Assembly: GCA_045542435.1 (NCBI GenBank)
Contig: JAZQLD010000002.1
Span: 33,867-97,866, forward strand
Origin: Butyribacter sp.
GTDB taxonomy: Bacteria > Bacillota > Clostridia > Lachnospirales > Lachnospiraceae
DNA: 64,000 bases
Direction: 5' to 3'
The notes below the pieces were generated by a model. That model was not told the origin of the DNA. It did not search any database and saw nothing but the letters and a program-made list of their open reading frames with translations. Shown piece after piece: positions 28,896 to 37,255 of the stretch. The stretch's first letter is position 1. Each line of letters starts with the position of its first letter. A program made the position numbers and the translations under genes.

Positions 28896-29047
28896 AATTT
28901 TTTCCTCCTCTTATTCTTTAGCAGCCACTTTCCGTCATTCTGACATCTTAAGATATTTCTGCCATAATCTTACAATTTTTATATGGCAAAAATATGGCAG
29001 AAAATAACAAAACAGGTATTCATTTCTTTCAATTTTCTTACTATTGT

Positions 29048-29126
29048 TATTTAGAAATTTTTCTAAATAGACCTTGACACTTCAGAAAATGGTGATACAA
29101 TGTATTTAGAAAATTTTCTAAATACA
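29048..29126 (+). promoter_or_regulatory. Promoter flanked by two copies of a palindromic operator, upstream of the ArsR/SdpR-like gene.
   Basis: The operators are tatttagaaatttttctaaata (29048..29069) and tgtatttagaaaattttctaaataca (29101..29126). They bracket TTGACA (29074..29079) and tg-a-TACAAT (about 29092..29100). Confidence 0.65.
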
Positions 29127-29149
29127 TTCATGAAACGAGGTGACTGTCC

Positions 29150-29413
29150 TTGGCATTTGCTGAAACCTTTAAAGCACTTTCCGACCCAGTTCGTCGTGAT
29201 ATTCTTCAGCTATTAAAAAACGGACGCATGCCTGCCGGAGATATTGCCGGACATTTTGAAATGACAGGTGCTACCGTATCTTATCATTTAAAGATATTGA
29301 AAAAGGCAGATTTAATCCGGGAAGAAAAAGAAAAGAATTTTATTTATTATGAATTAAACGCTTCTGTACTGGAAGAAATCATGTTATGGATTACAGATTT
29401 AAAAGGAGAATAG
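29150..29413 (+). CDS. ArsR-family winged-helix repressor (SdpR-like).
   Basis: The segment FKALSDPVRRDILQLLKNGRMPAGDIAGHF.MTGATVSYHLKILKKADLI is the ArsR HTH signature. It starts at TTG behind the RBS gagg. Confidence 0.8.
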   Translation: MAFAETFKALSDPVRRDILQLLKNGRMPAGDIAGHFEMTGATVSYHLKILKKADLIREEKEKNFIYYELNASVLEEIMLWITDLKGE

Positions 29414-29512
29414 AACGAAAGATAAATCTTTCGTTCAACAAGTTTGTGCCTGTGCGCTGCTTGACACAAACATTGCTAAATAGATATAAGTAGCGCAGAA
29501 AAGAGGGATGCT

Positions 29513-30145
29513 ATGATAAAAAAGAATCGTAAAACATTAATTATTACAAGTATTGTGACATTACTTCCTATATTAGCCGGACTGATTTTATGGAACCGGC
29601 TTCCAGCAGAGATTGCCACTCATTTTAATGCCAGCGGAAAAGCAGATGGATGGTCTTCTAAGGAATTTACCGTTTTTGTTATGCCGTTCATCCTTTTGGT
29701 TTGTCAATGGATTAGCGTCGCAGCTACCAAAACCGATCCCAAAAACGAAGGAATTTCAGAAAAGATTATGACGTTGATTTTATGGATTATTCCTAGTGTA
29801 AGTGTGATTTTATTTTTCTGCTTATATACTACTGCTTTAAATTATCAAATTAATATCACTAGAATCATTATGATTTTTTGTGGTTTGATTTATATTATTA
29901 TTGGAAATTATATGCCAAAAATGAAGCAAAGCTATACCTTAGGAATCAAGCTTCCATGGACATTAAACAGCGAAGAGAACTGGAACCGCACTCACCGTCT
30001 GGGCGGATGGCTCTTTGTCTTTGGCGGTATCGCTACCATGGCAATCGCATTTACCAGCCAGCCACTTTTATTCCTGGCGGTTATGATAGTTATTGTAATC
30101 GTGCCTACGATTTATTCCTATGTACTTTACAAAAAAGGGATTTAA
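29513..30145 (+). CDS. SdpI/YhfL-family membrane protein (DUF1648 plus SdpI domain).
   Basis: It is polytopic and its N-terminus contains the ATHFNASGKADGW motif. It is paired with an ArsR-type gene, as in B. subtilis sdpRI. Confidence 0.7.
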   Translation: MIKKNRKTLIITSIVTLLPILAGLILWNRLPAEIATHFNASGKADGWSSKEFTVFVMPFILLVCQWISVAATKTDPKNEGISEKIMTLILWIIPSVSVILFFCLYTTALNYQINITRIIMIFCGLIYIIIGNYMPKMKQSYTLGIKLPWTLNSEENWNRTHRLGGWLFVFGGIATMAIAFTSQPLLFLAVMIVIVIVPTIYSYVLYKKGI

Positions 30146-30152
30146 TGTACAC

Positions 30153-30202
30153 AGCAGAACACGGTCTTGGTTTTTATTTTAAAGCAAATACCGTGTTCTG
30201 CG
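30153..30202. terminator. Hairpin between convergent sdpI-like and ldh genes. It is also the minimal member of the palindromic repeat series.
   Basis: The stem gcagaacacggt / accgtgttctgc has a 24-nt loop. The outer bases cacagcagaa...ttctgcgt resemble the termini of the repeats at 34461..34632 and 49908..50166. Confidence 0.55.
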
Positions 30203-30234
30203 TTATATATCTTTTTTCTGTGTCGTTTCCAATA

Positions 30235-31173
30235 TTACAGGCATCCTGCCAGTACATCCCCTAGTACCTGAATGGAATTTTCTAGTCTCTTCTGTTCATC
30301 GTCATTTAAATCAATCTGAATTGTTTGCTCCAGTCCCCGGTTTCCTACGATACAAGGCAGACTCAGAGCCATATCATAAGCACCATACTGACCGTCTACT
30401 ACACTGGATACCGTCAATATTGAATGCTCATTCCTCATAATACATTCGCAGATTCTTCGCACAGCCATGGCCACTCCATAGTAGGTAGCCTTCTTTCCTT
30501 CAATGATTTTATATGCACTATCCTTAACATCCTCATGAATTCGCGCAGTATCTTCATGGTACTCATCCGGCTGACACATATCATAAAAATCTCTCAAATC
30601 GATTCCCGATACATTAGCACTACTAAATACAGCCAATTCACTGTCTCCATGCTCTCCGATAATAAATGCATGCACGCTTCTTGCATCCACACCCAGCTCC
30701 TCACCCAGCATACATTTCAGTCTGGCAGTATCCAAAACTGTACCAGAGCCAATGACACGATGCTTTGCAAGTCCGGAAAACTTCCATGCCACATAGGTCA
30801 GGATATCCACCGGATTGGATACAATCAGCAAAATACCTTCCACCTTACGCTTTGCAATCTCTCCCATAATCTGCTTATAAATCGCTACGTTTTTATTCAC
30901 CAGATCCAATCTGGTTTCATCCGGCTTCTGATTACATCCTGCTGTCACAATGATAATAGCACTGTCCACAATATCATCATAATCTCCTGCATAAATCTTC
31001 ATAGGTGTAGAAAATGGCATACCATGGCTGATATCCATAGCCTCCCCCTCTGCCTTTTTCCGATCCACATCTAAAAGAACCATTTCGGAAAAAAGTCCAC
31101 TCTGCATCAAGGAAAATGCAGTGGCAGAACCAACAAAGCCACATCCGATAATAGCAACCTTACGATTAATCAT
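30235..31173 (-). CDS. ldh: L-lactate dehydrogenase.
   Basis: The NAD fold VAIIGCGFVGSATAF and the segments GEHGDS and DTARL are present. The ATG at 31173 follows the RBS ggagga. Confidence 0.9.
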   Translation of the reverse strand: MINRKVAIIGCGFVGSATAFSLMQSGLFSEMVLLDVDRKKAEGEAMDISHGMPFSTPMKIYAGDYDDIVDSAIIIVTAGCNQKPDETRLDLVNKNVAIYKQIMGEIAKRKVEGILLIVSNPVDILTYVAWKFSGLAKHRVIGSGTVLDTARLKCMLGEELGVDARSVHAFIIGEHGDSELAVFSSANVSGIDLRDFYDMCQPDEYHEDTARIHEDVKDSAYKIIEGKKATYYGVAMAVRRICECIMRNEHSILTVSSVVDGQYGAYDMALSLPCIVGNRGLEQTIQIDLNDDEQKRLENSIQVLGDVLAGCL

Positions 31174-31413
31174 ATTCTCCTCCATTCCGATTTCTGTTTT
31201 ATTATCCTATTCTGATATAAACCAAAAATACATGATTATTCTTCTTACTTACTGTTTCCCAAAAAAGAATGGTTATGCAAAAAACGTATTATTTGTTGAT
31301 TTCGACGTAAAATATTTCGTAGAAGCTTAAATTTCTTTTTATTAAAATTATGAATACCAACTCTCGTTTAATCTAAGAATTTTAAGGCTAAAAAAAGAAA
31401 AGAGGGAAAATCA

Positions 31414-32037
31414 ATGGATGAAAGAGTCATGTTTAAATTATCCTATGGATTATTTGTGCTTACCGCAAGAACTAAAGAAAAAGATAATGGATGTATTATT
31501 AATACTGGAATTCAGGTGACAGTAGAGCCAAATCGTATTGTGTTTGCAATAAATAATAGTAATTTTACACAGGAAATGCTTCAGGAATCCGATCAATTCG
31601 CCTTATCAGTACTAAGTCAGGATGCAAATTTTGCCTTATTTCAGCAGTTTGGATTCCAGTCAGGACGAGACATGGATAAATTCGCAGAGTTTTCAGACTT
31701 TGCCAGAGCAGAAAACGGCGTTGCTTATATTACTCAAGGTACCAATGCTTATATCGCAGGAGAAATAAAACAGCGGATTGATTTAGGTTCCCATACTTTA
31801 TTTATGGCAACAGTAAAAGACGGTCAGATACTAAGTGACACACCTTCCGCAACCTATGAATATTATCATGCAACCATTAAGCCAAAGCCGTCAAATCCAT
31901 CAGACAAGGTAGAAGGAAAAACCGTATGGCGCTGTAAAATCTGTGGTTTTGAATATGAAGGCGAAGAGCTTCCAGAGGATTATATCTGTCCGATTTGTAA
32001 ACATCCAGCAAGTGACTTCGAGAAAGTTATCGTCTGA
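31414..32037 (+). CDS. Flavin reductase-like domain fused to a C-terminal rubredoxin (high-molecular-weight rubredoxin type).
   Basis: The N-terminal domain is FMN-binding split-barrel-like. The C-terminus WRCKICGFEYEG...YICPICKHP carries two CxxC pairs. Confidence 0.75.
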   Translation: MDERVMFKLSYGLFVLTARTKEKDNGCIINTGIQVTVEPNRIVFAINNSNFTQEMLQESDQFALSVLSQDANFALFQQFGFQSGRDMDKFAEFSDFARAENGVAYITQGTNAYIAGEIKQRIDLGSHTLFMATVKDGQILSDTPSATYEYYHATIKPKPSNPSDKVEGKTVWRCKICGFEYEGEELPEDYICPICKHPASDFEKVIV

Positions 32038-32087
32038 ATTTTGCGTTTTGGTGTAAAATCATAAAATAATTACTTTCATGTGCCAAA

Positions 32088-32258
32088 GCACAGTAGGAAA
32101 AGCCCTTCATTTTCTGCATGAGTGGCGTTTGAACTCGCCGGTGCTTGAATGCTAGCAAGTGTTTTACACGACGCTGGCATTCTATGCATCCGTTGCGTAG
32201 TTCATCCCGAGCCGCAAGGCGTCCACGAATCAGAAAATGAAGGACCTTTCCTACGTCA
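32088..32258. repeat. Palindromic repeat, family B copy 1.
   Basis: The core gagtggcgtttgaactcgccggtgcttgaa...gcatccgttgcgtagttcatcccgagccgcaaggcgtccacgaa is shared with 34489..34602. It is flanked by the complementary arms gtaggaaaagcccttcattttctg / cagaaaatgaaggacctttcctac. Confidence 0.85.
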
Positions 32259-32277
32259 CTTCACCATGAATATTTTA

Positions 32278-34224
32278 TCAAAGTTTCTTCTCAATCTTCT
32301 CTATATCCTGCATCCACATCTGTACAGAGGCATCACTTGGCATACGCCAGTCCCCTCTCGGAGAAAGAGCCACGCTTCCCACCTTTGGACCATCCGGCAG
32401 ACAAGAGCGCTTAAACTGCTGAGAGAAAAATCTCCAATAGAACGTGCGAAGCCATTTATAAATTGTCTGCTTATCATAATGTCCCTCAAAGGTATAGCAA
32501 GCCAGACGAAAAATCTTGGAAGGTGTATAGCCAAAACGCATCATATAGTAAAGATAAAAATCATGCAATTCATATGGCCCTACTAAATCTTCTGTTTTTT
32601 GGGCGATTTCGCCATCCTTTGGTGGAAGAAGCTCCGGACTCACCGGAGTATCCAAAACATCCATCAAAACATTTTTCAATTCTTTATCTGTAGTAGTCTC
32701 TGCATAGTACTGTACCAAATAACGGACAAGCATCTTTGGAACAGATGCATTGACACCATACATCGACATATGATCTCCATTGTAGGTAGCCCATCCCAGT
32801 GCCAGTTCAGACAAATCACCGGTTCCAATCACCATACCGCCACACTGGTTGGCGATATCCATAAGCACCATGGTTCTCTGTCTTGCCTGAGAATTTTCAT
32901 AGGTTACATCATGGTTCTCTTTATCCTGTCCAATATCCTGAAAATGCTGCTCAACAGCCTTGTGAATCGGAACTTCTTTTAAGGTAGCTCCCAGCTTCTG
33001 CGTCAAAGTGCAGGCATTCTGATACGTGCGGTCTGTCGTACCAAAGCAAGGCATGGTAATTGCCTGAATGCCGGAACGCTCCAAGCCCAGCAAATCAAAA
33101 GCCTTGGCTGTAACCAAAAGTGCCAGCGTAGAATCCAGGCCACCAGAAATACCAAGCACGGCATTTTTGCAATTAGTATGAGCCAGACGCTTCTTAAGTC
33201 CCATGGCCTGAATATTTAAGATTTCGTCACATCGACGGTCACGGTCTGCCTTATCCATCGGAACGAAAGGTGTCCGTGAATACGTTCTGGTAAGCTTGGT
33301 TTTCTTCTTGGAAGAAAAGGAAAAATACTCTATTTCATATCCCATTTCTTCTGGGGAAGATATCTGAAATGTAGTCATACGGCGACGCTCGCTCATTAAT
33401 CTTCCTAAGTCAATTTCAGAAAGAATCATACCATTTTCAAAACGCTTAGACTCTGCCAGAAGAGTTCCATTTTCCGCAATCAGATTATGTCCGGCAAATA
33501 CTAAGTCAGTGGTAGACTCTCCCTCTCCTGCATCCGCATAAATATAACCACAAAGAAGACGGGCAGACTGGTTGCGCACTAGTTCCTTCCGATACATATC
33601 CTTACCTGTGGTTTCATCACTGGCAGAAGGATTAGCAATGACAGTAGCAGAAGCCATAACATGATAAGAGGATGGTGGAATCGGCATCCAAAGATCCTCA
33701 CAAATATCCAGTCCCAGAACAAATTCCGGCATATTTTCTGCTACAAAAAGCTGCTTTGCACCGAAAGTAACATATTCTCCCGCATCGCCCAAAGCTGGGA
33801 TATCAATCATAATATTCTCAGCCGGTGCCGATGTAAAATGTCTCGCCTCATAAAACTCTGCATAATTAGGAATATTCTGCTTTGGAACAAGACCCAAAAG
33901 GTCTCCGTCATGAATCACTGCTGCCACATTGTAAAGACGTCCCAGATAAAGAAACGGAAGTCCAACCACCGTCAGTAAATCCAAATCTTCACTAGCCTGA
34001 ATAATCTCCTTCAAGCCCGACAAGCAGCCCTGTAAGAGAATATCCTGCAAAAATAAATCCCCACAGGTATAACCGGAAATCACCAGCTCTGGAAAGACAG
34101 CAAGCTTTGCCCCTTGCCCGGAAGCCTCTTTCATCGCCTGAATAATCTGCTGGGTATTAAACAGAGGGTTTCCCACCTGAATATCCGGGGTAATAGCAGC
34201 CACCTTTAAAAATCCATGTTTCAT
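32278..34224 (-). CDS. nadE: Glutamine-dependent NAD+ synthetase.
   Basis: The N-terminal domain is nitrilase-like (CN hydrolase). The C-terminal domain carries the SGGLDS PP-loop. The ATG at 34224 follows the RBS gaggtgg. Confidence 0.9.
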   Translation of the reverse strand: MKHGFLKVAAITPDIQVGNPLFNTQQIIQAMKEASGQGAKLAVFPELVISGYTCGDLFLQDILLQGCLSGLKEIIQASEDLDLLTVVGLPFLYLGRLYNVAAVIHDGDLLGLVPKQNIPNYAEFYEARHFTSAPAENIMIDIPALGDAGEYVTFGAKQLFVAENMPEFVLGLDICEDLWMPIPPSSYHVMASATVIANPSASDETTGKDMYRKELVRNQSARLLCGYIYADAGEGESTTDLVFAGHNLIAENGTLLAESKRFENGMILSEIDLGRLMSERRRMTTFQISSPEEMGYEIEYFSFSSKKKTKLTRTYSRTPFVPMDKADRDRRCDEILNIQAMGLKKRLAHTNCKNAVLGISGGLDSTLALLVTAKAFDLLGLERSGIQAITMPCFGTTDRTYQNACTLTQKLGATLKEVPIHKAVEQHFQDIGQDKENHDVTYENSQARQRTMVLMDIANQCGGMVIGTGDLSELALGWATYNGDHMSMYGVNASVPKMLVRYLVQYYAETTTDKELKNVLMDVLDTPVSPELLPPKDGEIAQKTEDLVGPYELHDFYLYYMMRFGYTPSKIFRLACYTFEGHYDKQTIYKWLRTFYWRFFSQQFKRSCLPDGPKVGSVALSPRGDWRMPSDASVQMWMQDIEKIEKKL

Positions 34225-34460
34225 ATTCCACCTCATTTCTGTCAGAAAATTTAATTCTTCCACATAGTAGCTTTTTGACAAAAGCATCGTTCACTTCCTG
34301 ACTTTTCTACATATATTCTTAGTTTGTACTATGATATAACGACTTATTCCTAAGTCTAGTCTTTTTGGAAAAATCCGTCAACGGTTATCTTATCAAATCA
34401 CGATTTACTAAATCATAATTTGATATTATTCTGTATTAAATATTTATTATATAGCCAATG

Positions 34461-34632
34461 CACAGCAGAAAAAGGTCATATATTTTCCGATTGAGTGGCG
34501 TTTGAACTCGCCGGTGCTTGAAGGATAACAAGCATATTATGCGAAGTTATCCTTCTATGCATCCGCTGCGTAGTTCATCCCGAGCCGCAAGGCGTCCACG
34601 AAAAGGAAACATATATGACCTTTTTCTGCGTC
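34461..34632. repeat. Palindromic repeat, family B copy 2, in the same orientation as copy 1.
   Basis: It has the same core as 32117..32230. The arms cacagcagaaaaaggtcatatattttcc / ggaaacatatatgacctttttctgcgtc differ from those of copy 1 but are still mutually complementary. Confidence 0.85.
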
Positions 34633-34664
34633 ATTCTATCCACAATTTATATCATGAGAAATCA

Positions 34665-35012
34665 TTAATTCACCTTTGTTCCGCATTTATTGCAGAAGGA
34701 CACTCCCTCTGGTAAGGTTGCTCCACACTGAGGACAATTGCAGGCCCCCTGCATTTTCAAAACCTCTGCCTTCAAGTCTTCAATCTCATTGATTAAGGTA
34801 CTAATATTGACAATATCCTGTCCTGGCATTTCGCCTTCCTTATTCATTTCATAATACTTTCTGCCAAGCTCCATGTACTGCTTATTTAAAGCATCCTCCT
34901 TGGATTTAATATCCAGTTTCAGCTTCGCCACACCAGATACTTCCTTTGCCTTCTGGGAAACATCCCTACCGGCATTTACCAATTCATCCTTAATATCATC
35001 CCAAAATCCCAT
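34665..35012 (-). CDS. Zinc-ribbon domain protein with an N-terminal coiled-coil region.
   Basis: The C-terminus reads CPQCGATLPEGVSFCNKCGTKV, with two CxxC pairs. Confidence 0.6.
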   Translation of the reverse strand: MGFWDDIKDELVNAGRDVSQKAKEVSGVAKLKLDIKSKEDALNKQYMELGRKYYEMNKEGEMPGQDIVNISTLINEIEDLKAEVLKMQGACNCPQCGATLPEGVSFCNKCGTKVN

Positions 35013-35136
35013 AATCTTCCTCCAATCTGAGAACTCCTAAATCATAATATATGCACTTCTCTTTTAATAAACATATTCCTAGTATATCTTTTCTTAACCT
35101 TTGTAGCAACTAATACAATCCTTAATTTTTTGTAAA

Positions 35137-35853
35137 CTACACATAATAAATCTCTGCTGCTCCAAAGGCAACCTCACCAGTAATATGCAGTACCGGATTC
35201 CCTTCCTGATACTCACAGGTAGTAGGATTCTTAATCTCTAATGCACCAAAGGAAACACTGGTATTATCTACAATTTTCCAAGTCTTTGGAATGTAAAGAA
35301 TCATCGCTCCAAAGGATGCCTTAATATGCACCTGTGCGGTCCCCTGCTGAATCACTGCATTGTCAAAATACGCCTTCATTTCACCAAAGCTGGTTTCCAG
35401 ATTTGCCTTTTTAAAATTATCAGAATTAATATATTTGATAGTTCCACCAAAGCAATTAGAAAAATGAATGATATCTTCATCAGGTACATCAATCACTTCT
35501 TCGTCTTTTTGGGGATGGCTGTGGACATGCCACTTATGCTTTTTGGGAAACAAAAGATTCAGGCCAATAGTTCCAAGGAGTGCTGCACCCAAAACAGTCC
35601 ATGGTGTAAGCTCGGTGATTCCCAGCGGCTTTGCATACACGCATGCCAGCAATGCTACGGAGAAAAGAATCTCTCCAAAGTTAAGAGTTGCCAATCCCTT
35701 AATAAACATCCAAAGGAAAAGTATAGTCAGGAATACACTGATAATCGAGATATCCGTCAAATATCCTAACTTACTGAAAATCAGAGCTGCCGCTCCGCCC
35801 AGGAAACAAAATCCCCAGAAAATCTTGTCTGCATTAAAATGTCTTTTACTCAT
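35137..35853 (-). CDS. LiaF-like membrane protein, the putative partner or inhibitor of the adjacent LytTR regulator.
   Basis: Four N-terminal TM helices are followed by a beta-rich C-terminal domain (SFGEMKAYF...ASFGAMILYIP...VSFGALEI) that resembles the LiaF/DUF2154 repeat pattern. Confidence 0.55.
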   Translation of the reverse strand: MSKRHFNADKIFWGFCFLGGAAALIFSKLGYLTDISIISVFLTILFLWMFIKGLATLNFGEILFSVALLACVYAKPLGITELTPWTVLGAALLGTIGLNLLFPKKHKWHVHSHPQKDEEVIDVPDEDIIHFSNCFGGTIKYINSDNFKKANLETSFGEMKAYFDNAVIQQGTAQVHIKASFGAMILYIPKTWKIVDNTSVSFGALEIKNPTTCEYQEGNPVLHITGEVAFGAAEIYYV

Positions 35854-35875
35854 AGTTACCTCTTTTCTGCGCCGA

Positions 35876-36337
35876 TTATCTCTGGGCGCGTTTTTCTTCT
35901 AATTTGTCAATTAATGTTTTGTAATAATTTCTTGAAACATAAACCTGCTTATGGGAATTCTGAAACTCTACCACACTAGAAGACGTCAGATTCCTATTGA
36001 TAGCATAAACAAGGCTGGTATTTAAAATGGAGGATTTGGATATTCGCATAAAATGCCTTGGAAGAATTTCCTCCAACTCATAAAGTTTCAAACGGGTTTG
36101 AAACACATCCTGCGCCGTATGTGCTTCTACGCTTCCTCCCTCTGTCTCAAAGAAAAGAATCTCCTCCAGAGACAGATAATATTGCCTCTCTCCTTTGGTA
36201 AATTCCATCTTCCCTCCAGAAGATGTGGTATCTGATATGGCTCGCTGTAATTGCTGTACCTCATCAGAAAGACTACGACAACGGATGATGACTTCTTCCT
36301 CTTGTAGATTCTCATCCAGTTCGATTCGTATTTTCAT
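35876..36337 (-). CDS. LytTR-domain DNA-binding protein without a receiver domain.
   Basis: The segment ILFFETEGGSVEAHTAQDVFQTRLKLYELEEILPRHFMRISKSSILN is the LytTR signature. The N-terminal region of about 50 aa has no phospho-acceptor domain. The ATG at 36337 follows the RBS ggag. Confidence 0.75.
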   Translation of the reverse strand: MKIRIELDENLQEEEVIIRCRSLSDEVQQLQRAISDTTSSGGKMEFTKGERQYYLSLEEILFFETEGGSVEAHTAQDVFQTRLKLYELEEILPRHFMRISKSSILNTSLVYAINRNLTSSSVVEFQNSHKQVYVSRNYYKTLIDKLEEKRAQR

Positions 36338-36479
36338 TTTAACTCCATTCTTCTTTTCAATTCTTTGCAATATATACTTCACAAAGAATAATTAAAACAG
36401 TTTTTTCCGGAAAAGTAATTTGCTTTGCTGTTTGAACACATTATAGGGAAGGAAAAAGTAAATGTAAACCCTATTTCGC

Positions 36480-36513
36480 TAAGAGGTAAAAATCAGAGGG
36501 TAAGAGGTAAAAA
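36480..36513 (-). promoter_or_regulatory. Direct repeat pair with 21-bp phasing, a candidate LytTR binding site.
   Basis: taagaggtaaaaa occurs at 36480..36492 and again at 36501..36513, so the starts are exactly 21 bp apart. The pair lies about 150 bp upstream of the LytTR gene. Confidence 0.45.
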
Positions 36514-36541
36514 AGGCAACGTCAAAACATTGCCTTTTTAA
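36509..36541 (-). terminator. Intrinsic terminator closing the seven-gene agrD / ABC run.
   Basis: The stem aaaaggcaa / ttgcctttt has an 11-nt loop and flanking A and T runs. It lies 30 nt after the stop at 36571. Confidence 0.65.
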
Positions 36542-36570
36542 ATCTTTGCTATTCAAATACACATTCTATG

Positions 36571-37236
36571 CTAGGAAACCAGCTTTCCATCCCTCATCTG
36601 AATCCGTCTCTGACACCGAGAAGCAATTCCCTCATCATGAGTTACCAAGACAATAGTCTTTCCTCTTTTATGCAGATTCAGAAAAATTTGCAGGATCTCT
36701 TCTCCGGTAGCATGGTCTAAATTGCCCGTAGGTTCATCTGCCAGAATCAAATCTGCCCCGTTGATTAACGCCCGGGCAATAGCAACTCTCTGTTTCTGAC
36801 CTCCCGACAATTCCCCCGGCAGATGAGATTCTCTGTTTTCCAATCCTAGCATCCTTACTAATTCCTTATAAACTATTTCATCTACTTTCCTTTTAGCAAT
36901 TAAAACCGGCATAATAATATTTTCCCGTACATTCAGTTCTTCAATCAACTTAAAATTCTGAAATACAAAGCCAACATTTTCACATCGATATTCTGCTTTT
37001 TGATTTGCTGTAAATCTGCTGATATCTTTTCCCTGATAAAATATAGAACCAGAGCTTGGACTATCCATGGCACCAATCATATGCAGCAATGTCGATTTTC
37101 CACTTCCACTGGCACCGGTAATAGCAACCAGTTCATTTTTACAGATTGATAAATCCACTCCATTTAATGCATATACCATTCCTTCTCCCTTACCATAAGC
37201 TTTTACCAGATTAGATACCTTTAATAATTCTTCCAT
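36571..37236 (-). CDS. ABC transporter ATP-binding protein (MacB/FtsE-like class).
   Basis: Walker A GASGSGKST, the signature LSGGQKQR and Walker B ILADEPTGNLD are present. Confidence 0.9.
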   Translation of the reverse strand: MEELLKVSNLVKAYGKGEGMVYALNGVDLSICKNELVAITGASGSGKSTLLHMIGAMDSPSSGSIFYQGKDISRFTANQKAEYRCENVGFVFQNFKLIEELNVRENIIMPVLIAKRKVDEIVYKELVRMLGLENRESHLPGELSGGQKQRVAIARALINGADLILADEPTGNLDHATGEEILQIFLNLHKRGKTIVLVTHDEGIASRCQRRIQMRDGKLVS

Positions 37237-37255
37237 AGCCGACCTCTCCTCTATG

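Noticed and set aside
30424-31074. A 216-aa plus-strand ORF antisense to ldh. Similar shadow ORFs lie at 1855..2349, 10010..10444, 35326..35902 and 49267..49884.
   Set aside because: Each lies opposite a confidently identified gene and has no RBS or recognisable motifs.
31186-31413. A Rex operator or cre site in the divergent region between ldh and the flavin reductase gene. Cre or AraR sites upstream of the sugar operons were also considered.
   Set aside because: No sequence matching TTGTGAA-N4-TTCACAA, the cre consensus or the AraR palindrome was found on inspection.
34225-34460. A possible NAD-related riboswitch in the 5' region of nadE.
   Set aside because: Only a small local hairpin is visible and nothing resembles known NAD+ riboswitch classes. 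Most of the spacer further upstream is the family B repeat.
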